A stretch of 61,673 nucleotides of DNA, filler included, from Alphaproteobacteria bacterium (GTDB lineage: Bacteria; Pseudomonadota; Alphaproteobacteria; Caedimonadales; UBA9215): NCBI GenBank assembly GCA_024280495.1. It is 11 parts of 11 records of this genome, joined end to end, with 100 filler letters (N's around TTAATTAATTAA, not from the genome) between each part and the next. Parts side by side here need not be neighbours in the genome. Positions count along the whole stretch, not along the records: positions 28,488 to 45,499 come from JAJRPZ010000080.1; 10 more parts are not named here. One strand, 5' to 3'. Below, in pieces: positions 29,123 to 38,264 of this stretch. The notes below the pieces were generated by a model. It searched no databases. It was not told the DNA's origin and saw only the letters and a program-made list of their open reading frames with translations. Position 1 is the stretch's first letter. The number at the start of each line of letters is the position of its first letter. A program made the position numbers and the translations under genes.

Positions 29123-29412
29123 AATCAAAGACTTACTAATGAACTTCTTTTATAGAAAAAATATATTTTTATTCACAAAATTCACTAAGTGCCCAATTTA
29201 TTTGGATTTTATTAAAAGTTAAATTAAAAAAAGGATCTCAATTCACTTGACATGAGTATTTTCAATGCTTTACGCGACATGCTCAATTATTAATCAATTA
29301 TTAATCAATCCTTAATTCCAATGGGATCAAGGACCTTCTCCTCCAATTACCCACAAGGTTATCCACAGATATGGTGGATAAAAATCACAGACAAATCCAC
29401 GCCTTTTTCACA
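29123..29412. promoter_or_regulatory. Cluster of DnaA boxes, tandem CtrA boxes and an IHF-like site
   Basis: DnaA-like boxes: TTATTCACA 29169, TTACCCACA 29347, TTATCCACA 29359, TTATCCACC on the minus strand 29373-29381, TTTTTCACA 29404. TTAA-N7-TTAA-N7-TTAA at 29290-29315. AATCAA-AGAC-TTA at 29123-29135. Confidence 0.6.
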
Positions 29413-29532
29413 TTGTATAAATTCAACGTAGAAGAAATAAAAAAAAATAAAAATACCCCTTGATTTCTTGTTGCAGGAGATGTAAAAACATACTTAACAG
29501 AAGCGTAAAAACTTTTGCACTGTTTGATCTGG

Positions 29533-29608
29533 GTCCCCATCGTCTAGAGGCCTAGGACACCGCCCTTTCACGGCGGCAACAGGGGTTCGAATCCCCTTGG
29601 GGATACCA
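29533..29608 (+). tRNA. tRNA-Glu (anticodon TTC)
   Basis: GTCCCCATCGTCTAGAGGCCTAGGACACCGCCCTTTCACGGCGGCAACAGGGGTTCGAATCCCCTTGGGGATACCA, 76 nt with CCA. Confidence 0.96.
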
Positions 29609-29771
29609 TACACTTTAAGGTGTGGTATAAAATACTGCTTTTCAACACATACACTCTCAATTCAATTTTACACACATTTTCATATTACTAGAATATACAA
29701 AAAAACCTAACCCACTTAAGGACCAGGTTTTTTATGAATTTAAATAAGCAATAATTCAAAAATTACTTAGA

Positions 29772-30290
29772 TCATTCTTCAACAATCAACTTACACATAT
29801 TATTGAATTTTTTAATGTTTCTAGGGGCTTTAATTTTAGAGTCTTTCAATTTAATTTTAAGAGTTTTTATACGTCCACTTAGCTGAGTGGGCTTACAAGA
29901 ATACCAACCTCCAACCCCCCTACGAATATCTTCCCCATTGGGCACCCTTCCCCTCATAGGATAACCATAGGTATAATCTACCTCCAATGATTTAATATCA
30001 TGCACACCACGTTTTATAATTTTATTAACAGCTACTTCCCTTCCAACAGATGGAATAGGAACGATAACCTCTTCTTTTTCAATTTTATTACGTTTTCCGC
30101 GACGATGTTTTTCATATGTTACTTTAAGACGCAATTTCGGCCTAAAGTCGTCTCGTTGAATGGTATTGTATGATAAATCACCCAAAGCACCCCAAAAACT
30201 TTTATCCGTTCTAATTTTGATTTGTAATTTTTCTGAATACACAGGTGTGCAAATGAGACAAGCAACAACAAATCTAGATATTTTCTTCAT
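29772..30290 (-). CDS. Hypothetical exported basic protein
   Basis: AAGGA RBS and signal peptide MKKISRFVVACLICTPVYS|E. No family recognised. Confidence 0.65.
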   Translation of the reverse strand: MKKISRFVVACLICTPVYSEKLQIKIRTDKSFWGALGDLSYNTIQRDDFRPKLRLKVTYEKHRRGKRNKIEKEEVIVPIPSVGREVAVNKIIKRGVHDIKSLEVDYTYGYPMRGRVPNGEDIRRGVGGWYSCKPTQLSGRIKTLKIKLKDSKIKAPRNIKKFNNMCKLIVEE

Positions 30291-30362
30291 AATAATTCCT
30301 TTTTATTTAGATAAGATCGACTATTTAGATAAATCCACATAGAAAAATATATTCCATAAAAA

Positions 30363-30378
30363 TTAAAAAATAGTTAAC
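30363..30378. promoter_or_regulatory. Candidate CtrA binding site
   Basis: TTAA-AAAATAG-TTAAC (TTAA-N7-TTAAC), about 75 nt upstream of the 29772-30290 gene. Confidence 0.45.
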
Positions 30379-30464
30379 GGGTATTAAAAAAACAAAAAAG
30401 ACTCCATAAATGGAGCCTTCTTACTTTTATAGGTGATTAGTTTTAACTATCAAAGATAAATACT

Positions 30465-30977
30465 TTATCCCATATAAGGCACAATACGTGATCTTGCTTT
30501 ACCTGAGCTACGATTTCCTTTGTAAGATTCATGGAATATAACACGCTGACCTGCTTGGATATTAACATCCGTTCCTTGAACCACAGTCTTTAATTGACCG
30601 TTATCCAATTGAACCGTATACTCAAAGGCTTCTTGCGTTCCAACGTGATCTTCAATGGCTGCACCAGCAAATCCACCGAGAATGGCACCACCAACAGTTG
30701 CAGCAACTTGACCATAACCACCGCCAATATTAGAAGCAGCAACACCACCAACCAAAGCTCCGATACCAGCACCCATTGAGTTATCACCCAATTTTTGATT
30801 TTCTTTCACTGAAACAACTCGTTTCGAAACAACGACACCCATATAAGACGTCATAGTTTCCCCAACACCCGCAGCGACATATTGGTTCGTTCCAATGCGA
30901 CTGGCACAACCTGTCAAAAACAAGGCCGTTGGTAACGCGACTGTGATTGCAATAATCTTTGTAATTTTAGATGACAT
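30465..30977 (-). CDS. Glycine-zipper 2TM outer-membrane lipoprotein (SlyB/Pcp-like)
   Basis: Lipobox LTGC, glycine zipper GAGIGALVGGVAASNIGGGYG and EYTVQLDNG...VVQ. Confidence 0.88.
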   Translation of the reverse strand: MSSKITKIIAITVALPTALFLTGCASRIGTNQYVAAGVGETMTSYMGVVVSKRVVSVKENQKLGDNSMGAGIGALVGGVAASNIGGGYGQVAATVGGAILGGFAGAAIEDHVGTQEAFEYTVQLDNGQLKTVVQGTDVNIQAGQRVIFHESYKGNRSSGKARSRIVPYMG

Positions 30978-31153
30978 GATAATATCCCTTTTATAAATAG
31001 TACAAAACTTAACATCTCTCTTTATTTCTTACAAGCTCTATTCAAAAAAAGCAACTTAAGAGAAAAATGAAAAAACATTATAACTAGTAACTCCTTGACA
31101 AGCAGACCCAAAGGCTATTAAAAAGGAATATAGATCAAATTTGGAGAAATATT

Positions 31154-31279
31154 ATGAAAGTCGCTAGCTCTCTTAAAACACTTAAGAACCGTGATAAAAA
31201 TTGCCGCTTAATCCGTCGTCGCGGTAAATTGTTGGTTATCAACAAAAAAAACCCCCGTTTTAAAGCACGCCAAGGTTAA
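31154..31279 (+). CDS. rpmJ: 50S ribosomal protein L36, zinc-free type (not in the ORF track)
   Basis: [48 protein letters not shown]. Confidence 0.95.
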   Translation: MKVASSLKTLKNRDKNCRLIRRRGKLLVINKKNPRFKARQG

Positions 31280-31368
31280 TTCTCACTTGAAAATAAACGT
31301 GCTTTTCATGGGTGCGTTTTCTTTTTAACTCCCTTTTGTTTATTATCTTTAAAATTCAGGAATTTATT

Positions 31369-31818
31369 ATGGCTCGCGTTACCGTTGAAGATTGTGTAAG
31401 AAAAATCCCAAATCGTTTTAACCTTGTGGTTACGGCTGCTCAACGTGCAAGACAGCTTGCCGCTGGTGCCCCCCTCACTGTTGAACGTGATAACGATAAA
31501 AATGCCGTCGTTTCTTTACGTGAAATAGCAGGTGAAACCGTTGATATTGAAAAGTTAAATGATGCAGCCATATGGGCCTTTCGTCGCCAATTGGATGATC
31601 AAGAGCGCGATCAGGGCCTCACATCTGAAGATAAACCAAAAAGCACTTTTGACCTGAGCCTTACGGGTGAAATTGATGAAACAGAAGCGGCCCTTGAAGC
31701 AGAATTTGCAGAAATTGAAAAAAATACACAAATTGAAGATGGCACGACGGAAACAGCTCCAACCATACCAGAAACAGCCGTATCAGAAACTTCTGAAAAA
31801 ACTTCTACTGACGCATAA
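31369..31818 (+). CDS. rpoZ: RNA polymerase omega subunit
   Basis: MARVTVEDC...[16 protein letters not shown]...[15 protein letters not shown]; true start at ATG 31369. Confidence 0.96.
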   Translation: MARVTVEDCVRKIPNRFNLVVTAAQRARQLAAGAPLTVERDNDKNAVVSLREIAGETVDIEKLNDAAIWAFRRQLDDQERDQGLTSEDKPKSTFDLSLTGEIDETEAALEAEFAEIEKNTQIEDGTTETAPTIPETAVSETSEKTSTDA

Positions 31819-31835
31819 TTTTTGATAGACCAATG

Positions 31836-31866
31836 AACCTCCCAGTTGTATTGCGGAGGTTTTTTT
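31836..31866 (+). terminator. Probable intrinsic terminator after rpoZ
   Basis: AACCTCC...GGAGGTT stem followed by a T-tract. Confidence 0.6.
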
Positions 31867-32509
31867 ATGCGGACAATTCTTTAAAAGAACGACAAAATAT
31901 GGTGACGGGACACACATGACAAAGAGGTTTTTGCGCTTTGCAAGTGTAACGCCCATGAAGAATAAGCGCAAGATGTGCGTCACGCATATGGCGCGCGGGG
32001 GTCACTTGTTCATATTGTTTTTCCACCATTAAAGGCGTTTTTCCTGGCGCAATACCAATACGGTTTCCTAAACGAAATAAATGCGTATCAACGGCAACGG
32101 TCGGTTGTCCAAAAGCGATATTCAAAACAACGTTGGCGGTTTTGCGACCTACTCCTGGTAAAGCTTCGAGGGAAGCTCTATTATCAGGTACAATACCATC
32201 ATGCAAATCCACTAACATACGTGCGGTTTTGATGACATTTTTGGCCTTAGTATTATAAAGACCAATGGTTTTGATATGTTTTCTTAAAGTTTTTTCACCA
32301 AGGTCCAACATGTCTTGTGGCGTTTTGACTTTTTGAAATAGATCCTTTGTTGCTTTATTGACACTCACATCCGTTGCTTGTGCCGATAAAGCAACAGAAA
32401 CCAAAAGCGTATAGTTATTAACATAATGAAGCTCGGTTTCCGCATCAGGGTGTGCTGCAATGAGGGTATCAAAAAAGTCTGATGCTTCTGATTTTGTGAA
32501 TTTTTTCAT
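31865..32509 (-). CDS. nth: Endonuclease III
   Basis: LSAQATDVSVN, HhH motif LPGVGRKTANVV, VDTH, and Fe-S CKAQKPLCHVCPVTIFC. Confidence 0.96.
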   Translation of the reverse strand: MKKFTKSEASDFFDTLIAAHPDAETELHYVNNYTLLVSVALSAQATDVSVNKATKDLFQKVKTPQDMLDLGEKTLRKHIKTIGLYNTKAKNVIKTARMLVDLHDGIVPDNRASLEALPGVGRKTANVVLNIAFGQPTVAVDTHLFRLGNRIGIAPGKTPLMVEKQYEQVTPARHMRDAHLALILHGRYTCKAQKPLCHVCPVTIFCRSFKELSA

Positions 32510-32515
32510 GGTGGA

Positions 32516-32920
32516 TTATTTATCTTCTTCCATACCTTGCAAAAGCTTGTTAAGTTCGCCAGATTTTTCAAGGTTCAAAAGAGCACCATAACCACCAATG
32601 TGCTGACGATTGATGAAAATTTGCGGGATAGATCTTGATCCATTGGTGCGCTCCGTCATTTCCTCGGAGTTTTTACCAATATTAATATCACGCACTTGAT
32701 ATTCAATACCTTTCTTTTTTAGAAATGCCTTGGTCATCAGGCAATATCGACAAGTATTACTACTATAAAGAACAACAGGAACGCGCTGTTTCACTGCGGA
32801 CACGACAGTATGGATTTTCTGGTTGTTTTTTTCTCCAAAAACACCAGCCGTATAAATTTTATATCCCACACCCACAACGGCAAACAACAAAACTACAATA
32901 ACTAAGTTTCTTCCCATCAC
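32516..32920 (-). CDS. Glutaredoxin 3-like protein with an N-terminal membrane anchor
   Basis: CRYC active site and SIPQIFINRQHIGG, preceded by the hydrophobic segment LVIVVLLFAVVGVGY. Confidence 0.82.
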   Translation of the reverse strand: MMGRNLVIVVLLFAVVGVGYKIYTAGVFGEKNNQKIHTVVSAVKQRVPVVLYSSNTCRYCLMTKAFLKKKGIEYQVRDINIGKNSEEMTERTNGSRSIPQIFINRQHIGGYGALLNLEKSGELNKLLQGMEEDK

Positions 32921-33069
32921 GTAACAACCTTTTTTATAAAATAAGACACTCTTATTTCTAACATAAGGATTTTCAAAGAAAAAGAAAATTCATTCCCCCT
33001 TTTTAAAGCGTATCTCTCAGGGTATAGTGTAATAAAATTTAAAACATATTTTATTCTAAAGGGCTTTTC

Positions 33070-36000
33070 ATGTCACAAGACGGCTACTATCGTTATCCTA
33101 GCATTCACGAAAACACTATTATATTTATGAGCGAGGGAGATCTCTGGCGTCTTGATAAAGACCCTAGTGCTTCTACTACTAAGCCCATTGCACGGCGCCT
33201 CACCCATGATAAAGGCTCTATAAAAACCCCTGTCTTTTCTCCAGATGGCAGTAAAATTGCTTTTTCATCCAGCAACGAAGGACATAGCGAGCTTTATATT
33301 ATGTCTGCCCAAGGCGGTGAAATGACACGCTTAACTTACATGGGCGATGATGTGGTTGTTTTGAATTGGTCTGAGGATGGAATTTATTTTTCCTCTTCCT
33401 ATGGTCAACCTTTTTTAAAATGGAATATGGTCTGGAAACTCTCCCCCAAGGGCGGTGTTCCTGAAAAACAAAAAATTGGACCTGCTAATTTCATTAGCTT
33501 CAAAGGAAACACCCTAAAAGAGGGTTCGGTGATCCAACGCCATGGATATAGAGAATATGGATATTGGAAACGCTATCGCGGTGGGACTGCTGGCGATATA
33601 TGGGTAAATCAGAAGGATTCTTCTACCTTTGAAAAACTCATTGATTTAAAAGGCGATATGGCAAGACCTTTGTGGGTTAACCCCTCACTCATTATTTTTT
33701 CATCGGACCACGAGGGTATAGGTAATCTTTACAGTTGCACACCAAATGGCGAAAACCTTGAAAGACTCACCCATCATACTGATTTTTATGTACGCAACCA
33801 ATCAACGGACGGAAAATCTGTTGTGTATCATGCAGGTGCAGACCTTTTTTGCCTAGATATTGAAACTAAGAAAACGTCAAAAATAGATTTTGATTATCAC
33901 AGTGACCGCCAAGGACGTGCGCGAAAATTCTTTTCTCCTAAACGCTATTTACAAGGCTATGACTTACATCCCAATGGCACCCATTTATCCGTTGTGACCA
34001 GAGGAAAAGCCTGTACCTTAGGCAATTGGGAAGGGCCCGTTCTTCAGTTTGGTGAAAAAGACGGTATTCGCTATCGCTTCCCAACTTGGTTGCATAATGG
34101 CAAGCAGGTTTTGGTTGTAAGCGACAATGCAGGCGAAGAATCCCTTGAAATTTATGATGCAGAAACATCTATATCTGTTAGCGCACCCAAGACTCCCCTT
34201 GATATTGGCCGTGTGATTTCCCTTTATGTGAATCCTAAAAACCATAGCTGTATTATTTTCAATCACCGCAGTGATGTTTTGCACGTAGACCTTAAGAAAT
34301 GGATTGTGACAAAAATTGATAACAGTTCTCATATGCGTCCTGCAGGCGGTGATTGGTCACCAGACGGAAAATGGTTTACCTATTCTGTTTCCATTACCCG
34401 TCAGAAAATGGCCTTAAAATTATACCAAGCCAAAGGCAAAAAAGTCAGCCAGATTTCAACACCCATTCTCATTGATGAGTCCCCTATTTTTGACCCTGAA
34501 GGTAAATATATTTATTTCCTTTCACACCGTAATTTCGACCCAGTACATGATGCCATGCATTTTGAGCAGTCTTTTTTATATGCCATAAAAATCATGGCTA
34601 TTCCTTTGGAAAAGGCAACGTCAACACCTTTCTTAAAAGCACCAGATCTACTGGTTGAAGAAAAGAAAGAGGACGACAAAAAGGATCCTAAGAAAAAAGA
34701 AGCAGAGACTACACCCGATACAATTATTGACCTTGATGGCATTGAAAATCGCCTTTTTGAATTTCCCATTCAAGCAGGTGATTATTCCAGCCTCAGCGCC
34801 ACAAAGGGTAAGATATTTTATATCTCCCATGTGGCTCAGGGTGCCTTTGAAGCAGAAGAGAACGAAGGTGACACTCCCTCTTCCCTTGAAAGTTTTGATT
34901 TCGAAACCTTGAAATCAGACACCCTTGTTAGTGGTATCCATGATGCACAAACCAACCTTACAAAAACCCATATCATTACCCGTCAGAAAAAACGCCTTCG
35001 TGTTTATAAAGGCGGAACAAAGCCAGAAGAGGAAGCTGACGCCACGAATAAATCTGGCTGGATTGATTTAGATCGCATAAAACTCATGGTCACACCAGCA
35101 AAAGAATGGGAACAAATGTATAAGGAAGCCTGGCGTCTTCAACGCGACCATTACTGGGTTGAGGATATGGCAGATATCGATTGGCAAGTTGTTTTTGATC
35201 GTTACCACCCCCTTGTTACAAGGGCATCTACCCGTGATGAGTTCACAGACATTGTTTGGGAAATGCAAGGGGAGCTCGGCACGTCTCACGCTTATTCCTT
35301 TGGCGGAGATCTCAAAGCGACACCACGTTGGGGTGTTGGGTCCCTTGGCGCAGATTTCACATGGCATAAAACAGAAAATGCCTATGAAATCCATAATCTC
35401 TCAAAAGGTGAACCTGGAAACTTGGATGCCTCATCCCCTCTGACTCAACCTGGCATCAACCTAGAAAATGGTGATTTTATTTATGCCATTAACAAAGAAC
35501 CCCTAAGCAAAGAAAATACTCCCTATAAAATGCTTCTTCATAAAGCAGATGAAGTAGTTGAACTTGAAATTTCCCATCAAAAAAAACCCAAAGACAGAAA
35601 TTCAGTTCTGGTTAAAACCATTGGCAATCAATATGCCACACGATATAGGGATTGGGTTGAGCACAATCGTGCTTATGTCCATGAAAAAACAGGGGGTACC
35701 GTTGGGTATATTCACATTCCTGATATGAGTTCCTGGGGCTATGCCGAATTTCACCGCTCTTTTTTGCAGGAAATCGATAAAGATGGCCTTGTGGTCGATG
35801 TGCGCTTTAATGGTGGGGGAAATGTTTCTCAACTTTTACTTGAAAAGCTTGCCCGTAAACGCCTTGGGTATGATGTCACACGCTGGCATGGCATGTCTCC
35901 CTACCCCGATCAAGCGCCCGTTGGACCCATGGTTGCCCTCACAAACGAGTATGCTGGATCCGATGGCGACATGTTCTCTCACAATTTTAAAACCATGAAC

Positions 36001-36315
36001 CTCGGCCCCCTCATTGGCAAACGTACATGGGGTGGTGTTATCGGTATTTGGCCACGCCATGGCTTGGTTGATGGCGGTATGACAACACAACCTGAATTTT
36101 CTTTTTGGTTCAAAGATATTGGCTGGAAAATTGAAAATTACGGTGTGGATCCTGATATAGTTGTGGAATTTACTCCTCAAGATTACATGAAGGGCCTTGA
36201 TCCTCAAATGGATCGAGGGCTCAAAGAACTTGATAACTTGATTAAAAATCATAAAGAAAAACTTCCGCCACTATCCTCTAAACCAAGCTTAGCCCTACCA
36301 AAGAAGCTTGCTTAA
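33070..36315 (+). CDS. Tricorn protease homolog (S41 family)
   Basis: PD40 propeller repeats, WKRYRGGTAG, GELGTSHAY (His), a PDZ-like region, DVRFNGGG, YAGSDGD (Ser) and GKRTWGGVIG. Confidence 0.93.
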   Translation: MSQDGYYRYPSIHENTIIFMSEGDLWRLDKDPSASTTKPIARRLTHDKGSIKTPVFSPDGSKIAFSSSNEGHSELYIMSAQGGEMTRLTYMGDDVVVLNWSEDGIYFSSSYGQPFLKWNMVWKLSPKGGVPEKQKIGPANFISFKGNTLKEGSVIQRHGYREYGYWKRYRGGTAGDIWVNQKDSSTFEKLIDLKGDMARPLWVNPSLIIFSSDHEGIGNLYSCTPNGENLERLTHHTDFYVRNQSTDGKSVVYHAGADLFCLDIETKKTSKIDFDYHSDRQGRARKFFSPKRYLQGYDLHPNGTHLSVVTRGKACTLGNWEGPVLQFGEKDGIRYRFPTWLHNGKQVLVVSDNAGEESLEIYDAETSISVSAPKTPLDIGRVISLYVNPKNHSCIIFNHRSDVLHVDLKKWIVTKIDNSSHMRPAGGDWSPDGKWFTYSVSITRQKMALKLYQAKGKKVSQISTPILIDESPIFDPEGKYIYFLSHRNFDPVHDAMHFEQSFLYAIKIMAIPLEKATSTPFLKAPDLLVEEKKEDDKKDPKKKEAETTPDTIIDLDGIENRLFEFPIQAGDYSSLSATKGKIFYISHVAQGAFEAEENEGDTPSSLESFDFETLKSDTLVSGIHDAQTNLTKTHIITRQKKRLRVYKGGTKPEEEADATNKSGWIDLDRIKLMVTPAKEWEQMYKEAWRLQRDHYWVEDMADIDWQVVFDRYHPLVTRASTRDEFTDIVWEMQGELGTSHAYSFGGDLKATPRWGVGSLGADFTWHKTENAYEIHNLSKGEPGNLDASSPLTQPGINLENGDFIYAINKEPLSKENTPYKMLLHKADEVVELEISHQKKPKDRNSVLVKTIGNQYATRYRDWVEHNRAYVHEKTGGTVGYIHIPDMSSWGYAEFHRSFLQEIDKDGLVVDVRFNGGGNVSQLLLEKLARKRLGYDVTRWHGMSPYPDQAPVGPMVALTNEYAGSDGDMFSHNFKTMNLGPLIGKRTWGGVIGIWPRHGLVDGGMTTQPEFSFWFKDIGWKIENYGVDPDIVVEFTPQDYMKGLDPQMDRGLKELDNLIKNHKEKLPPLSSKPSLALPKKLA

Positions 36316-36333
36316 AAAAAAGAAAGAAATTAT

Positions 36334-36924
36334 ATGACAAAAATTCAATCTATTTGCGTTTATTGCGGCGCGTCGGAAAAGACCCCGAAAATTTTTAAAG
36401 ACGCCGCCCATGATCTAGGTAAACTTCTTGCTGGCCATAATATTGATATTGTTTATGGCGGTGGGCGCACTGGCCTTATGGGGATAACTGCAAAAGCATC
36501 CATGGATAATGGGGGTATTGTCCATGGTATTATTCCTCATTTTTTGGATGATAAAGAAGGTGCCTTCCAAGAAATTACGAAACTCACCTATGTAGATAGC
36601 ATGCATGAACGCAAACAATTGATGTTTGAAGAGTCCGATGCTTTTTGTATTTTACCTGGCGGTTTTGGTACCTTGGATGAACTTTGTGAAATTCTAACGT
36701 GGAAGCAAATTGGGCTCCATAAAAAATTCATATTTATTCTAGACATCAATGGGTATTGGTCACCAATTTTCAAAATCGCCATCGAAACCATGGTTAATAA
36801 TGGTTTTTTGCGCAAAGAGGATAAAAACCTATTCACTCTCATCGAACGAGTCGAAGACATAATACCATTTTTGACCATCGAAAGACCAGAAAATCAAGAA
36901 AACTATGTGAGTAAATGGGGTTAA
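36334..36924 (+). CDS. LOG-family nucleotide phosphoribohydrolase (TIGR00730-like)
   Basis: VYGGGRTGLMG, MHERKQLM and PGGFGTLDE. Confidence 0.92.
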   Translation: MTKIQSICVYCGASEKTPKIFKDAAHDLGKLLAGHNIDIVYGGGRTGLMGITAKASMDNGGIVHGIIPHFLDDKEGAFQEITKLTYVDSMHERKQLMFEESDAFCILPGGFGTLDELCEILTWKQIGLHKKFIFILDINGYWSPIFKIAIETMVNNGFLRKEDKNLFTLIERVEDIIPFLTIERPENQENYVSKWG

Positions 36925-36962
36925 TAACCTTAAAATAAAAACAATAAAAAATGGAGCTTAAA

Positions 36963-37484
36963 ATGAAAATAGCCATAAAATCTATTACGATGACAGCAAT
37001 CTGTCTTGCCCTCACCTTCACGGCGCAAGCCCATGAAAAAGTGGGAGAAAAAATAGAAATAACCAAATATAAAGACCGCATAACGACTTTCAAAACAGAT
37101 GGTATCTCCGTGACCAATCCTTTTGCACGTCAGGCAAAAAAAGGCCAAAATTCTGCTGCATTTGTAAAAGTAACTAACCTTACGGAAACCCCTAGAAAAA
37201 TCATTAGGGCCATAAGTCCTGTTGCGAGTATCATTGAGCTTCATACGTCGTTTGAAGAAAATGGCATCCATAAAATGCGCCCCGTTGAAGCTATTGATGT
37301 CCCTGAAAATGGATTTGTAGAACTTAAGTCTGGCGGTTTTCACGTGATGCTCATTGGTCTGAAAGAAGACTTGGTTGTTGGACAACACATTCCAGTAACA
37401 CTTGAACTTGATAATGGCACCACCATCCAAACCACCTATAAAGTTAAAGGGTGCTGCGGTCACTGCCACGCTCCTAAAAAATAA
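36963..37484 (+). CDS. Periplasmic copper chaperone PCu(A)C
   Basis: Signal peptide (AQA|H) and ELH...KMR...GGFHVMLIGL. Confidence 0.88.
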   Translation: MKIAIKSITMTAICLALTFTAQAHEKVGEKIEITKYKDRITTFKTDGISVTNPFARQAKKGQNSAAFVKVTNLTETPRKIIRAISPVASIIELHTSFEENGIHKMRPVEAIDVPENGFVELKSGGFHVMLIGLKEDLVVGQHIPVTLELDNGTTIQTTYKVKGCCGHCHAPKK

Positions 37485-37513
37485 AAAAACCTGGAAAACT
37501 TATTTGTAAACAT

Positions 37514-37533
37514 CCACGGGGCAAGCCCCGTGG
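37514..37533. repeat. GC-rich perfect hairpin (REP-like or IS200/IS605-end-like; possible terminator)
   Basis: CCACGGGG-CAAG-CCCCGTGG between convergent genes. Confidence 0.55.
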
Positions 37534-37543
37534 CTTTATAAAA

Positions 37544-38245
37544 TTATTGGATAATGCTATAAGTAAAATGACTAACAACACGAATAACTTTTTTCTTTGA
37601 ATATTTAGCCTCATAACTTCCACCACCAGTGGCTGCTAAAATAGAAAAATTTCCCTGATTTGCGTGTGTCACTGGTCCCAACTTGACATCAGCATCCTTC
37701 GCGAATTTTTCCGCCATTTCTTGAGCATTTTTAACGGCAAGGGAGAAAATTTCAGGTCTTTTTTCAAGAAACTTTGTAAAGTGATATTCAGGACGATCAT
37801 AAGATTCTACAAAGGCAACACCCTCTTTTGCGAGATTTACAACTTCAATATATGTATCTTCAAAAAGCTTAATTTTATTTGTAGATAAAATATATCCTCC
37901 CGTAATTTTATAGCGTCCCTGTTCATTTCCTCCTTGACCTCTTTCATTGTAAGATTCAATCAAATGAGGTCGATATTCACCGGAAAAACCTTTTTTCTCA
38001 AGGAGATTTTTAACAAGAGTATTTGACTTATCATAGGATGAAAGGGCTTCATCTAATGTTTTACCAAACGCTGTATACTTAATTGTCCAACTGACACGGT
38101 CGGCTTCCACCGGCATTTCCACAACGCCTTTAACAGAAACACTTCCTGGCCTAGAATTCATAAGTTTTAAACCACCATTAATAAAAAAACCAGCGGAAGC
38201 TATGCCAATAGAAATAATGGTTGCCCCAATAATATTAATCTTCAT
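37544..38245 (-). CDS. SIMPL-domain (DUF541) protein
   Basis: N-terminal TM, SVSVKGVVEMPVEAD, AVKNAQEMAEKFAKD, ANQGNFSI and KKVIRVVS. Confidence 0.85.
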   Translation of the reverse strand: MKINIIGATIISIGIASAGFFINGGLKLMNSRPGSVSVKGVVEMPVEADRVSWTIKYTAFGKTLDEALSSYDKSNTLVKNLLEKKGFSGEYRPHLIESYNERGQGGNEQGRYKITGGYILSTNKIKLFEDTYIEVVNLAKEGVAFVESYDRPEYHFTKFLEKRPEIFSLAVKNAQEMAEKFAKDADVKLGPVTHANQGNFSILAATGGGSYEAKYSKKKVIRVVSHFTYSIIQ

Positions 38246-38264
38246 TTTTCATTCCTTATTTATT

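Noticed and set aside
30313..30358. Possible dif site
   Set aside because: Only isolated half-site resemblances; no XerC and XerD arms at a 6-bp spacing.
31312..31818. N-terminal extension and acidic tail of RpoZ
   Set aside because: The extension comes from an upstream GTG in the ORF caller (true start 31369), and acidic tails are normal in alphaproteobacterial omega subunits.
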